Positions 52,971-62,513 of a stretch of 64,000 nt of DNA are shown here, one piece after another. The stretch spans positions 8,128 through 72,127 of the forward strand of contig JAGYNR010000001.1 in assembly GCA_018399715.1 (NCBI GenBank), read 5' to 3'. The notes below the pieces were generated by a model. It was not told where the DNA came from, made no database searches, and saw only the letters and a program-made list of their open reading frames with translations. Numbering within the stretch: the first letter of the stretch is position 1; the number at the start of each line of letters is the position of its first letter. Source of the stretch: Desulfobacterales bacterium. GTDB taxonomy: Bacteria; Desulfobacterota; Desulfobacteria; Desulfobacterales; SKZT01. A program made the translations under genes and the position numbers.

Positions 52971-52998
52971 TGTTATCTGTTATCTGTTGTCTGTTATT
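52971..52998. repeat. 4 x 7-bp tandem repeat abutting the carA start codon
   Basis: TGTTATC TGTTATC TGTTGTC TGTTATT on the plus strand (GATAACA units on the carA strand). It starts 2 nt upstream of the ATG. No SD is visible. Confidence 0.7.
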
Positions 52999-53041
52999 CG
53001 AAATCCGAACGCAACATTGATCTGAAAATGTTTACATACAG

Positions 53042-53242
53042 GGTGATGAAAATTATTCCAAAATTGCTTTGAGTTTTCATAGCAGTTTTATTCCAAGATT
53101 TAAAATTTTTAACACTTAAGTTTAGACGATAGTGTGCCACGCGCGAAGCGAAGCTTGTCCGTCTAGAACTGCTATCTGCCGGACACACACGGGCAAGGCT
53201 AACGCCTTGGCCCGTGGCACCCATGCGCGTGGCACCCATGCG
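53042..53242. repeat. Repeat family A, truncated copy (module A only) with a 15-nt tandem duplication at one end
   Basis: About 90% identical to 3549-3735. It ends with GTGGCACCCATGCGC x2 (53213-53242). The second module and the far TIR are missing. Confidence 0.75.
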
Positions 53243-53419
53243 CAGCGGAGAAAGCCCAGTCAGACTCGACCGTGAGGTTGGCTGAATGACTTTCAGTCCC
53301 TTGGCTGACCTTTCCCCTCTCCGTTCATACATTTCACTTTATCTCGTCTCACCACATTTCCGACTTTATGAATTCGTTAAAAGTTTGATAGAGTCTACTA
53401 CCTCATCAATAGAATCAAA

Positions 53420-53770
53420 TTATAGATTCCTTGAAAGTTGAGGCTCATGGATTTTATAATCATTCACAGAAAATGATGTTGCCGGATCGTCACAAATCGC
53501 ATTTATATCTTCCAGTTTGAGAAAGAAGCCGAAATGTTGAGAACGAGCAAGAAGAACAACAGCCCATTGATCCTCATTCGATCTTAAGATATTCAGTTGA
53601 TTCTCATTTAGGCCCCAAAAACCACTATCAAGAACGCTCTCTTTTACATAAAGGGTAATTGGTTTGTGGAATTCCTTTGAGATGTGAAAAAAATTTCGTT
53701 TGCGATTAACGCCAAGTCCGTAATCAAATTTGAGTGCCTGCTCGAACTTATCAATTAATTTTATTTTCAT
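53420..53770 (-). CDS. hypothetical protein
   Basis: 116-aa ORF from MKIKLIDKF (ATG 53768-53770); the longer ORF runs to 53818. No motif recognised. Confidence 0.4.
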   Translation of the reverse strand: MKIKLIDKFEQALKFDYGLGVNRKRNFFHISKEFHKPITLYVKESVLDSGFWGLNENQLNILRSNEDQWAVVLLARSQHFGFFLKLEDINAICDDPATSFSVNDYKIHEPQLSRNL

Positions 53771-53825
53771 CTTTCTTCTTTTACCTGCTGTTGCAAGTTT
53801 TAATATGTTTACAACCAACTAAGGA

Positions 53826-56156
53826 CTATTCCAGCGGCGTATTTTCAACCAGGTTCCAAATTCCGCAGGGGCAGGCCTGTGCACAAAAACCGCATCCGAT
53901 ACACCGGTTTTCATCCACAACATATTCATAACCGCCGTTTTCTATTTCACGTTTACTGATAGCCGCTTCGGGACATACAGCCACACAAATGCCACAGTCC
54001 CGGCATGTCCCGCAGGATGCGCATTGGCTCCCGCACTGATTAACGTTTTCGAATTGCGTAATTCTGGGATCGAAATATTCCAGTGTTACCCTTGATGTAT
54101 CAATGGTTGTGCGGCTATCGCTTTGAGGCTGTGTTCCTTCTATCATATCGTTGATCGTCTGAGCGGCTGTTCTGCCGGCGCCGATGGCATCTGTCAGCAG
54201 ACCAGGCCTGACCGCATCACCAATTGCAAATATTCTTGGATCAGTTGTCTGATAAAACTCATTAACTTTTATGAAACCGTTTTGGGTTTCCACGGTTTCA
54301 GGAAGAAAATCAAGATCCGGCGTATCACCGATAGAGATAAAGACCGTGTCCGCAGGAAGCAACTCTCCGGTATTGAGCACCACGCCTTCTTCGGTAATTT
54401 CCCTGGTAAAACACGGCCATTTAAATTGAGCCCCCACAGCCTCGGCGGCATCACGTTCTTTCCCGAATGACAGGGGCTCTTGAATATCAATTAACGTAAT
54501 ATTTTCAGCGCCAAGATGGCTGGCTTCGGTAGCGACATCACATCCAACGTTCCCCGCTCCGATAATGACGACCCGTTTGCCCACTTCAGCAATGCCTGTT
54601 TTTGCTTTCCTGAGAAAGTCAGATGCCGGTATCAGACGCTCTTTTCCATATACAGGGGGTATCCTTGGTTTGTAAGCACCTGTTGCGATCACCAAAAAAT
54701 CGTAATCATTTAACAGATGTTCTGTTTCGCTCTGATCCAGTTTCTGCTGCAAATAAATATGGGAAATAACCTTGTTTATTCTCTCCAGCTCCTTTTTCAC
54801 CACATGGGATGGAATACGGCTTTCCGGAATCATTGACGTTATTTTTCCTCCCAGATGTTTTGACCGGTCAAAAATAACGGCTTCATGCCCTTTCAGCCTG
54901 AGTTGCCAGGCCATTGATATGCCGGCCGGTCCGCCACCGATAACCGCTATTCGCTTGCCCGAAAGCGCCGGAAATTCCGGGAGTCGGGCATCCACACTGG
55001 CCTGTCCCAATTGGGTAATATCGACGGACGGCATTTTTGCTGATTGCCGGGTACATGCCTGCATACAAAGATTGGGGCAAAGATAGCCACAAACTGTAGC
55101 GGGGAAAGGAGTATAAGACAAAGCAAGGTCAACGGCTTCATCCATTCGGCCTTCCCTGACAAGCCGCCATCGGTCGTGCACCGGAATTCCGGTGGGGCAT
55201 GATGCCTCACAGGGGGCTTTGTATCGACGGTTTTCCCACACAGGAACAAATCGCCTGAGATCTCCGGTGACAATCAACCCGATCGTACTTCTGTCCATAT
55301 GGGTAAGGTTGCCGATAAGTCCTCCCTCACCCAGCTCTTTTTCCCAGACGTCCTTTTTAAATGAGGCGATGGATCGTCTTTGGTGGGTCAACCGTTCCGC
55401 GGGGCTTCGGGAAACAATCATCTGCCATTGCGTACGATCTGAAAGCATTTCGTAGAGCTCGGAGCGATTGATCCGATCCAAAAAAATTCTTAAATTTTTC
55501 AGCAGCCAGTTCCATTGGTCATCACCTATGGATGCCATTTTGGCATCTATTTGGCTGTAGCCGCCATGAGGCCCCCGAAAAAAAACTTTACCGCCGACCA
55601 TTCCGACAAAAGGACGGTATCCTAGGACATTGTCCGGATTCTGTGCATCCACACCACACACCACTGAAATTCCGCCGGCCATGAATTCGCCGAAATAATC
55701 TCCCACTGAACCCAAGACCCAAAGCTCCGGAGGATCAAACCGGGGATTATGTTTGGTCATGGTCATACCACGGGCCCCGATATTGCCTTCAATGTAGACC
55801 TTGCCCTGAGCCATGGCGTTACACACACCGTTACCTGCATGGCCGTGGATAACGATCTTGGCACCGGCATTGAGCCATCCGACATCGTCGGATGCCGGGC
55901 CCATCACCTCGATGAATGTATTGAAAAACCCCATGGAGCCGAGACGTTGCCCCGGAGACCCCTCAATTTTGATATGAACCGTGTCATCGCCGGCTTTCCA
56001 CAGCCTGCCGCCGATACCATGCTGACCAAACGCTTTTACACAAATATACCGGTGCCCATGGAGAACTGCGGCCTGTATCTGGTCCTCCAATACCCGTGAA
56101 TCGATCCGGCAATCGTTTTTTCTTCCGGATATGATATAATATTGTTTTTCCTGCAT
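53826..56156 (-). CDS. glutamate synthase GXGXG domain fused to a GltD-like FAD/NAD(P)H oxidoreductase and a 2x[4Fe-4S] ferredoxin tail
   Basis: N-terminal part: IEGSPGQRLGSMG...HGHAGNGVCNAMAQGKVYIEGNIGARG. Middle: RIAVIGGGPAGISMAWQL and VVIIGAGNVGCDVA. C-terminal part: CxxCxxCxxxCP motifs. Confidence 0.8.
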   Translation of the reverse strand: MQEKQYYIISGRKNDCRIDSRVLEDQIQAAVLHGHRYICVKAFGQHGIGGRLWKAGDDTVHIKIEGSPGQRLGSMGFFNTFIEVMGPASDDVGWLNAGAKIVIHGHAGNGVCNAMAQGKVYIEGNIGARGMTMTKHNPRFDPPELWVLGSVGDYFGEFMAGGISVVCGVDAQNPDNVLGYRPFVGMVGGKVFFRGPHGGYSQIDAKMASIGDDQWNWLLKNLRIFLDRINRSELYEMLSDRTQWQMIVSRSPAERLTHQRRSIASFKKDVWEKELGEGGLIGNLTHMDRSTIGLIVTGDLRRFVPVWENRRYKAPCEASCPTGIPVHDRWRLVREGRMDEAVDLALSYTPFPATVCGYLCPNLCMQACTRQSAKMPSVDITQLGQASVDARLPEFPALSGKRIAVIGGGPAGISMAWQLRLKGHEAVIFDRSKHLGGKITSMIPESRIPSHVVKKELERINKVISHIYLQQKLDQSETEHLLNDYDFLVIATGAYKPRIPPVYGKERLIPASDFLRKAKTGIAEVGKRVVIIGAGNVGCDVATEASHLGAENITLIDIQEPLSFGKERDAAEAVGAQFKWPCFTREITEEGVVLNTGELLPADTVFISIGDTPDLDFLPETVETQNGFIKVNEFYQTTDPRIFAIGDAVRPGLLTDAIGAGRTAAQTINDMIEGTQPQSDSRTTIDTSRVTLEYFDPRITQFENVNQCGSQCASCGTCRDCGICVAVCPEAAISKREIENGGYEYVVDENRCIGCGFCAQACPCGIWNLVENTPLE

Positions 56157-56191
56157 GAAAAAAATCTCCTGTATTTTTAACTTCTTCGGAT

Positions 56192-57826
56192 TTAAACGAC
56201 ATATTTGATTGTCAGACGGGCTGCCGCGTCGGCATCAGCAATACCCAGCGCATCAGACATACCAATGGGCAGTGATGTTGACCGTCCCAACGGCGCCAGA
56301 ATTTTTTTCAGCTCCGAGTCAAAGCTTAAAAATACATCCACTACTCTTTCCGCCACTTTATCCACATCCAGACGCCGATACAGCCGCGGGTCCTGAGATG
56401 TAATCCCTTTGGGACACAGTCCGATATTACATATATTGCAACGATCTCCCTCGGAACCTAAACACCCGGCAGCCGCCTGCATGATATATTTTCCGATCTG
56501 AATGCCACTAGCACCCAACATGATCAAAGCAGCGGCATTGGCGGCAAGGTTTCCGTTTTTCCCCACGCCTCCGCCGGCAAACAATGGAATTTCATTTTGT
56601 TTTCCCACTTTTACCAGTACCTGATAAGCATCCCGGATATTGCTGGCGATAGGATGCCCCATATGATTCATGGAAACATTGTAAGCCGCTCCGGTACCTC
56701 CGTCTTCTCCATCAATGGCCAGTCCGGCGGCATACGGATTTCGGGTTAAATTATTCAGCACCGCCATCGCTGTGGAGGTTCCGGAAATTTTCGGATACAC
56801 CGGAACCCTGAAGCCCCACGCCATATACATGGATTGGATCATCTTGGCCACCGACTCCTCAATGGAGTACAGGGTTTGATGGGTGGGGGGACTGGGAAGG
56901 CTCACACCTTCCGGAACTCCACGGATGGCAGCGATAAGCTTATTTACTTTATACCACATCAACAATCCGCCGTCTCCGGGTTTAGCCCCCTGACCATATT
57001 TTATTTCCACAGCACAAGGGTCTACTTTCATATCGGGAATGGCATGGATAATTTCATCCCAGCCAAAGTAACCACTGGCAACTTGCAGGATGACATATTT
57101 CAAAAAACGACTGCGAAGTAACCGGGGAGGACACCCACCTTCACCGGTACAGATACGAACCGGCATTTTGAGTTCCTCATTTAAATAGGTAACGCCTAAC
57201 TGAAGTCCCTCCCACATGGTCGGGGACAGGGCTCCGAAGGACATGGCGCCGATTATCAGTGGATAAATTTCACGAACCGGCGGAATCCAGTCACCGGTTT
57301 TTAACGCGTTCATTTCCTCTTCAGGTGGCAGGACTCTTCCCAGCAGCGTACGCAACTCAAATTCGTGACGACCGGCATCCAGAGCCGGGTCCGTCAGCAT
57401 GGAAATCCGGATAAACTTTATCTGATCCAGTATGCCTCCGGGATCGTTCCGGCGTCCACCCCGCCGACGGGGAGTCCCGCCGCGATTGATATGAAATTTC
57501 AGTTTATCAGCCTCATCCGTTCGCATCGGAGCAATACAGTCGTTGGGACAAACCAAATTACACATGGCACAGCCAATGCAAGCATAAGCAGGATCGGTTC
57601 GCTGACGGATACCGTAGTAGACTTTAAAAGAGGTGGAAGGAGTTTCAGTCAGATTCATGGGACTTTCGATAACCCTTTTTCGAAATACGCCTAACTCGAT
57701 GGCCTGAACCGGACATACGGCAGTACAACGACCGCAAAGTGTACACCGGTTTTTGTTCCAGAAAATTTGCCAGAGATGATCTTTGACGCTTAATGTAGAT
57801 GGTGTAATGGTTGTGTTTGACGGCAT
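56192..57826 (-). CDS. glutamate synthase FMN-binding (GltB domain 2-like) subunit with N-terminal 4Fe-4S ferredoxin
   Basis: CTLCGRCTAVCP and CIGCAMCNLVCP, then a TIM-barrel part (EGGCPP, AIDGEDGGTGAA, FAGGGVGKNG). The start at ATG 57824-57826 has an AGGAGG SD. The ORF is open to 57931. Confidence 0.8.
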   Translation of the reverse strand: MPSNTTITPSTLSVKDHLWQIFWNKNRCTLCGRCTAVCPVQAIELGVFRKRVIESPMNLTETPSTSFKVYYGIRQRTDPAYACIGCAMCNLVCPNDCIAPMRTDEADKLKFHINRGGTPRRRGGRRNDPGGILDQIKFIRISMLTDPALDAGRHEFELRTLLGRVLPPEEEMNALKTGDWIPPVREIYPLIIGAMSFGALSPTMWEGLQLGVTYLNEELKMPVRICTGEGGCPPRLLRSRFLKYVILQVASGYFGWDEIIHAIPDMKVDPCAVEIKYGQGAKPGDGGLLMWYKVNKLIAAIRGVPEGVSLPSPPTHQTLYSIEESVAKMIQSMYMAWGFRVPVYPKISGTSTAMAVLNNLTRNPYAAGLAIDGEDGGTGAAYNVSMNHMGHPIASNIRDAYQVLVKVGKQNEIPLFAGGGVGKNGNLAANAAALIMLGASGIQIGKYIMQAAAGCLGSEGDRCNICNIGLCPKGITSQDPRLYRRLDVDKVAERVVDVFLSFDSELKKILAPLGRSTSLPIGMSDALGIADADAAARLTIKYVV

Positions 57827-58920
57827 ATTTGAACCTCCTGGCGATTCGGTCCGATAATGACCGTATCGAGATGCATTGGTTGAAAATCTTTGTTTTTGTC
57901 CCGGTCCGGAATAATAGCATCCAAACCACATATCTCTGAAGCAACTGCATACATTCCCGGTTTTCCGCCAACTACCCCCGGCCGAAGTTTCTTACGATCC
58001 TGCACCATGAAAAGACTATGGTCGGGAAGGGAACCGATTACGCAATTCGGACCGTCAATGATCAGTTTACGGCATGTTCTTTTCAGGTGATGCAGAAAGT
58101 CGGCATCCGGATGCAGATCGAGGTTGTCATCCTGAAGCGGTGTAACGATATGTTTATAACAGTCAATCCCTAATTTCAGTTTCTCCCGGGCGTAGTGAAG
58201 AATATGGGTAAAAACTTCGGAATCCGATTGATAACCGATATATCCGGGATAATTCCTGGAACTCAGGTATTCCTGGATTGGAATAAATGCTGTATTTTCT
58301 CCATTGGTCATGGTGGAATACCCCCGAAGAAAAAACGGATGACATGCATAAAGGTTGATGGCGTAGTTGGTATTTTGCCTTCCCTGGGCCATAATTATCC
58401 GTGCCTTCAGCTCTTTTCGGTCCAGATGCAGATAGCGCGCAACCGTCAACGGATCTCCAATCTCCTTGATCATAATGACATCGGGCCAAAAAGAAAATAC
58501 GATCATGTCCTCCTGCGCTTCGCCCATTTTCCTAAGTTCCAGACGAACCTCCACCAGCTTTTCATAAATTTCGTCCTGGGTGTATTGTTCCCATTCCTCA
58601 GGCAATTCATAAGCACGGATCAGGTAAATATCCCGCTTTGGCACTCCGGGTGGCGGTGTCTTGGGCACTTTAATGGAAATTTTATATTTGGTCATAAACC
58701 CTTTATCCATCATGTGCTGATCCAGCTTCCGAAGTCCCTGCTCAGTAAAAATCCCTGAAAGGATGGGCGCCTCTTTCATCTCATCAAACGGACCGCCCAG
58801 GTCCCGCAGAAAAAGGCCGACACCGGAACCATCGTGCCCCTCTTTCATCACATCCAAAGCTTCAACTGCCAGTATGGGAGAAAGAGGGGTTTCACTGGTT
58901 ATCGCAAATAAACGGCACAT
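57790..58920 (-). CDS. glutamate synthase class-II glutamine amidotransferase (GltB domain 1-like) subunit
   Basis: MCRLFAI with an Ntn Cys2. 376 aa. First gene of the three-gene set. Confidence 0.75.
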   Translation of the reverse strand: MCRLFAITSETPLSPILAVEALDVMKEGHDGSGVGLFLRDLGGPFDEMKEAPILSGIFTEQGLRKLDQHMMDKGFMTKYKISIKVPKTPPPGVPKRDIYLIRAYELPEEWEQYTQDEIYEKLVEVRLELRKMGEAQEDMIVFSFWPDVIMIKEIGDPLTVARYLHLDRKELKARIIMAQGRQNTNYAINLYACHPFFLRGYSTMTNGENTAFIPIQEYLSSRNYPGYIGYQSDSEVFTHILHYAREKLKLGIDCYKHIVTPLQDDNLDLHPDADFLHHLKRTCRKLIIDGPNCVIGSLPDHSLFMVQDRKKLRPGVVGGKPGMYAVASEICGLDAIIPDRDKNKDFQPMHLDTVIIGPNRQEVQICRQTQPLHHLH

Positions 58921-59459
58921 ATATTTTCTCCTTAAAAAATTACAAAACTGTCTAACATTTTATACAAATTTGTATGATTATTTTTTACAAAAATTTTGGT
59001 GATACATTGAAAGGTAATGGTATTTAATACTACTTCCAATATTACGCCGAATTATAGTCTGTATTCAAGGCGAATTGTGTGGTGCAGACACATTTGTCTG
59101 TGACCTCTCGATGCCAACGTTACATACAGGCCCAAAAAACAAGCCAAATGGAAGCATTAGAATGCCACGTCCCTAACAAAGGACAACCTTTTATGTTCAG
59201 CCAAAGATTATTAGCAATTATTAAGCCAATATTTATGTTTTTGTATTATTTCGATAGATATGCTAAATAAGTTTGATTTTAAAATAATTTAATTAAATCT
59301 GTTCGGATTGGATCATTGGATGAGTCAAAATCCCCCCTCAAGGAGGGAATCGCGCCATGATACTTGAAACAATGATCATAAAACCGCAGAGAACCCTTTA
59401 ACTTGATGCGTAGGGCTTTTATTCATCTTACGAACCTCAACCGCACAAGTCGAAAATTT

Positions 59460-62369
59460 ATGAACATCAAACTTCCAGGAATTCTGGAAACAGAATTCGA
59501 AAATAAATGGGATGCCTTTTTAAAGGCAGTCGAAGGATTTGAACAAAGGCCATGGGAACAACGTAACATCTTTGTAAGATTAAAATGGGTTTTTGCGCTA
59601 AGTGATTTTGTCGCCAAGAGCTGTACTCGTCGGCCTGATATTTTAATGGATTTAATCCGAACCGGCGATATCGGGAAACGTTACCTTCCGCAACAATATG
59701 ATGAACAGCTTGTTAGAATCCTTTCAGAGATCCCGGAAGAATCCGGAGAATCCGCAGAATCGGGACTGTCCCGGATTTTGCGGGAGTACCGGTGCCGGGA
59801 GATGATTCGTATCGCATGGCGCGATCTATGTGGAGTTTCTGATCTTGCCGAAACCATGAAAGATTGCACGTTATTTGCGGAAGCCTGCATATCCAAAGCA
59901 CTTGACCGTTTGTATCGCTGGCAATGCGAGCAACGAGGCATTCCTTTTTCCTCAGATGGTGTCCGGCAATATCCGGTCGTTATCGGGCTGGGTAAACTAG
60001 GTGCCGGAGAGCTGAATTTTTCATCAGACATCGACCTTATATTTGCGTATCCTCAGATGGGAAAGACCCGGTACGGAACGATTATTAAATCAAACGAAGA
60101 ATTTTTTTCAATTTTATTTCGAAAACTTATTAAAGTATTGGGACAAACAACCGCTGACGGGCCGTTATTTAGGGTTGATATGCGATTGCGGCCATTTGGG
60201 GAAAGCGGACCGATTGTAATGAGTTTTGATGCACTGGAAAGTTATTACCAGCACCAGGGACGGGAATGGGAGCGCTATGCACTTATCAAAGCCAGGATAA
60301 TTTCTGATAAGCAGACAGTTGAACCAGATCTGTTATCAAGGCTGAAACCATTTATTTACCGGCGTTATCTCGATTTCGGTGCCTTTGAATCGTTAAGAAG
60401 CATGAAACAAATGATTTCTTTCGAAGTCAATCGGAAAGGCATCGAGAATAATGTCAAGCTTGGACTTGGTGGTATCCGGGAGATAGAATTTTTTGGACAG
60501 GTTTTCCAAATGATTCGCGGCGGTATACTGCCGGAACTTCAGGAGCAACAAATACAGACAGTTATTAAGGTACTTAGCAGCAAAAATTTTATTTCATCCC
60601 AGACCTGCAAAGATCTTCTGGATGCTTATTATTTTCTACGCAAGACAGAAAACCGATTGCAGGAATTCGGAGACCGCCAGACCCATTCGCTGCCAACAAA
60701 CTCCACAGACCGTCTTCGACTGGCTATTTCAATGAATTTTAAAGAACCGGAAAACTATTTTAAACGGCTTCGTCACCATATGACGATAGTTCATCGCCAT
60801 TTTCAGGGACTTCTGGAAACCGAAGCATCAAACTCTTTGGAAGACAAAAACAGCAACGACCATAACATTTTTGAAGATATGAAGGGCATATGGCTTGGGT
60901 GTTCAGATGCAAATCAGTCCTATAAACTTCTGGCCAGGGCGGGATTTCGTGATCCCGGACGAGCCTGGCAATTATTGAACGAGTTTCGATCGCACCCCGA
61001 AACCCGTTCGCTGGAACGAACCGGAAGGGAGCGTATTGACAGACTAATCCCCCGGCTGTTAAAAATTGTCGGTGTTTCCGAATCTCCTGAAGTTGCCCTT
61101 CAAAGAATTCTGCAGTTGATTAAAACCATAGAACGTCGTTCATGTTACATTGCCTTGATGCTTGAAAATCCCGATTGTCTCCAACATCTGATTCGTCTGG
61201 TTACCGCTAGCCCATGGATCGCCTCATTTATATCCCGTCATCCTGTCCTGTTGGATGAACTTATTGATCCAAGAAGCCTTTATGTTCCCCCAAGCCGACA
61301 GGAACTGGAAGCCGAGCTCCGCAAACGGATGGACAGAATTTCCGAAAATGACCTCGAAATCCGTATGGAAGAACTTTGTATTTTCAAACAGGTCCATACG
61401 CTTCGGGTTGTTGCCGCCGATGTAACCGGAGTGTTGCCGCTGATGCATGTCAGTGATTATCTCTCATATATCGCAGAGACCGTTTTATCAGAAGTTTTAG
61501 ATATTGCCTGGCACCACTTGGTTCAAAGACATGGCTTTCCAAGCTGCTACATGGAAAAAGACGCTTTAAAACGGGGTTTTGCGGTTATAGCTTACGGAAA
61601 ACTGGGCGGATTGGAATTAGGTTATGCAAGCGATCTGGATTTGATCTTTTTACATGCCGGAAGCAATGTTCCAACTACAGGTAAAAGCAATCCCATTGAT
61701 TCTCCCCAGTTTTTTATCCGTCTGGGGCAAAGGGTTCTTCATATATTGACGGCACCTACTGCTGCTGGTCGCCTGTATGAAGTTGATATGCGTCTTCGCC
61801 CCAGCGGCAGCTCCGGAATGCTTGTCAGTCATATTGAGCGATTTAGAGATTACCAGTTAAATGATGCCTGGACATGGGAGCATCAGGCTCTGGTAAGGGC
61901 AAGGGCCATCGCCGGTGATCCGGGATTAGCCAGACGTTTTGAAGAAATTCGGAAAGAGGTTCTTTCGCTTTCCAGAAAACCGGAAGATCTCAAAATATCT
62001 GTTGTGAAGATGCGAGATCGCATCAGAAAAGAACATGCGCCTGACTGTTCAAATGATTTCGATTTAAAGCAAAGCCCCGGCGGAATGATTGATATTGAAT
62101 TTATCGTTCAGTATATGACGCTTTTAAAAGCCGGCGAATTTCCTGAAATTATCCAATGGACTGACAATGTAAGATTAATGTATATGTTTTTGATCACCGG
62201 AATTATGGATCATGAGAATGTCCATATTCTTCGTGAGGCATATCTTACCTATCGTGCCATGGCACATCGGTTGAGCCTTCAAAAACTCCCCACCAACGTA
62301 TCCGGTGACTGGTGCAAAAGGCTTCGGGAAAAAGTTGTTGACATTTATCGCCGTTACCTTGGTTTATAA
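59460..62369 (+). CDS. glnE: bifunctional glutamine synthetase adenylyltransferase / adenylyl-removing enzyme
   Basis: Two nucleotidyltransferase halves (LGKLGAGELNFSSDIDLIF and YGKLGGLELGYASDLDLIF). The start is assigned to MNIKLPG by alignment with the E. coli N-terminus. The ORF is open from 59403. Confidence 0.85.
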   Translation: MNIKLPGILETEFENKWDAFLKAVEGFEQRPWEQRNIFVRLKWVFALSDFVAKSCTRRPDILMDLIRTGDIGKRYLPQQYDEQLVRILSEIPEESGESAESGLSRILREYRCREMIRIAWRDLCGVSDLAETMKDCTLFAEACISKALDRLYRWQCEQRGIPFSSDGVRQYPVVIGLGKLGAGELNFSSDIDLIFAYPQMGKTRYGTIIKSNEEFFSILFRKLIKVLGQTTADGPLFRVDMRLRPFGESGPIVMSFDALESYYQHQGREWERYALIKARIISDKQTVEPDLLSRLKPFIYRRYLDFGAFESLRSMKQMISFEVNRKGIENNVKLGLGGIREIEFFGQVFQMIRGGILPELQEQQIQTVIKVLSSKNFISSQTCKDLLDAYYFLRKTENRLQEFGDRQTHSLPTNSTDRLRLAISMNFKEPENYFKRLRHHMTIVHRHFQGLLETEASNSLEDKNSNDHNIFEDMKGIWLGCSDANQSYKLLARAGFRDPGRAWQLLNEFRSHPETRSLERTGRERIDRLIPRLLKIVGVSESPEVALQRILQLIKTIERRSCYIALMLENPDCLQHLIRLVTASPWIASFISRHPVLLDELIDPRSLYVPPSRQELEAELRKRMDRISENDLEIRMEELCIFKQVHTLRVVAADVTGVLPLMHVSDYLSYIAETVLSEVLDIAWHHLVQRHGFPSCYMEKDALKRGFAVIAYGKLGGLELGYASDLDLIFLHAGSNVPTTGKSNPIDSPQFFIRLGQRVLHILTAPTAAGRLYEVDMRLRPSGSSGMLVSHIERFRDYQLNDAWTWEHQALVRARAIAGDPGLARRFEEIRKEVLSLSRKPEDLKISVVKMRDRIRKEHAPDCSNDFDLKQSPGGMIDIEFIVQYMTLLKAGEFPEIIQWTDNVRLMYMFLITGIMDHENVHILREAYLTYRAMAHRLSLQKLPTNVSGDWCKRLREKVVDIYRRYLGL

Positions 62370-62513
62370 AAAAAATTTTACGGGATGCCGTTAGAAATCC
62401 TCGTGTCACGTCCTGTCATTTTCTGGTAGAAAACAGTTTTTTTTTGATTCATCTCAAAAAGCAATTATATTATTGTATTATTCTATGAAACTCGCGTTCA
62501 TATCGAAAGATTT

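Noticed and set aside
57790-57931. A 142-nt overlap between the GATase ORF and the FMN-domain ORF, suggesting a frameshift or fused gene.
   Set aside because: An internal ATG at 57824-57826 is preceded by a perfect AGGAGG SD at proper spacing. The residues upstream of it (MWFGCYYSGPGQKQRF...) look non-homologous. This is an ordinary short overlap (37 nt) between two genes.
59152-59167. A sigma-54 promoter-like motif TGGCAT-TCTAA-TGCTT on the minus strand, ~230 nt upstream of the glutamate synthase genes.
   Set aside because: The GG-to-GC spacing is one nucleotide shorter than the strict TGGCAC-N5-TTGC consensus. I do not call it a promoter without experimental or PWM support.
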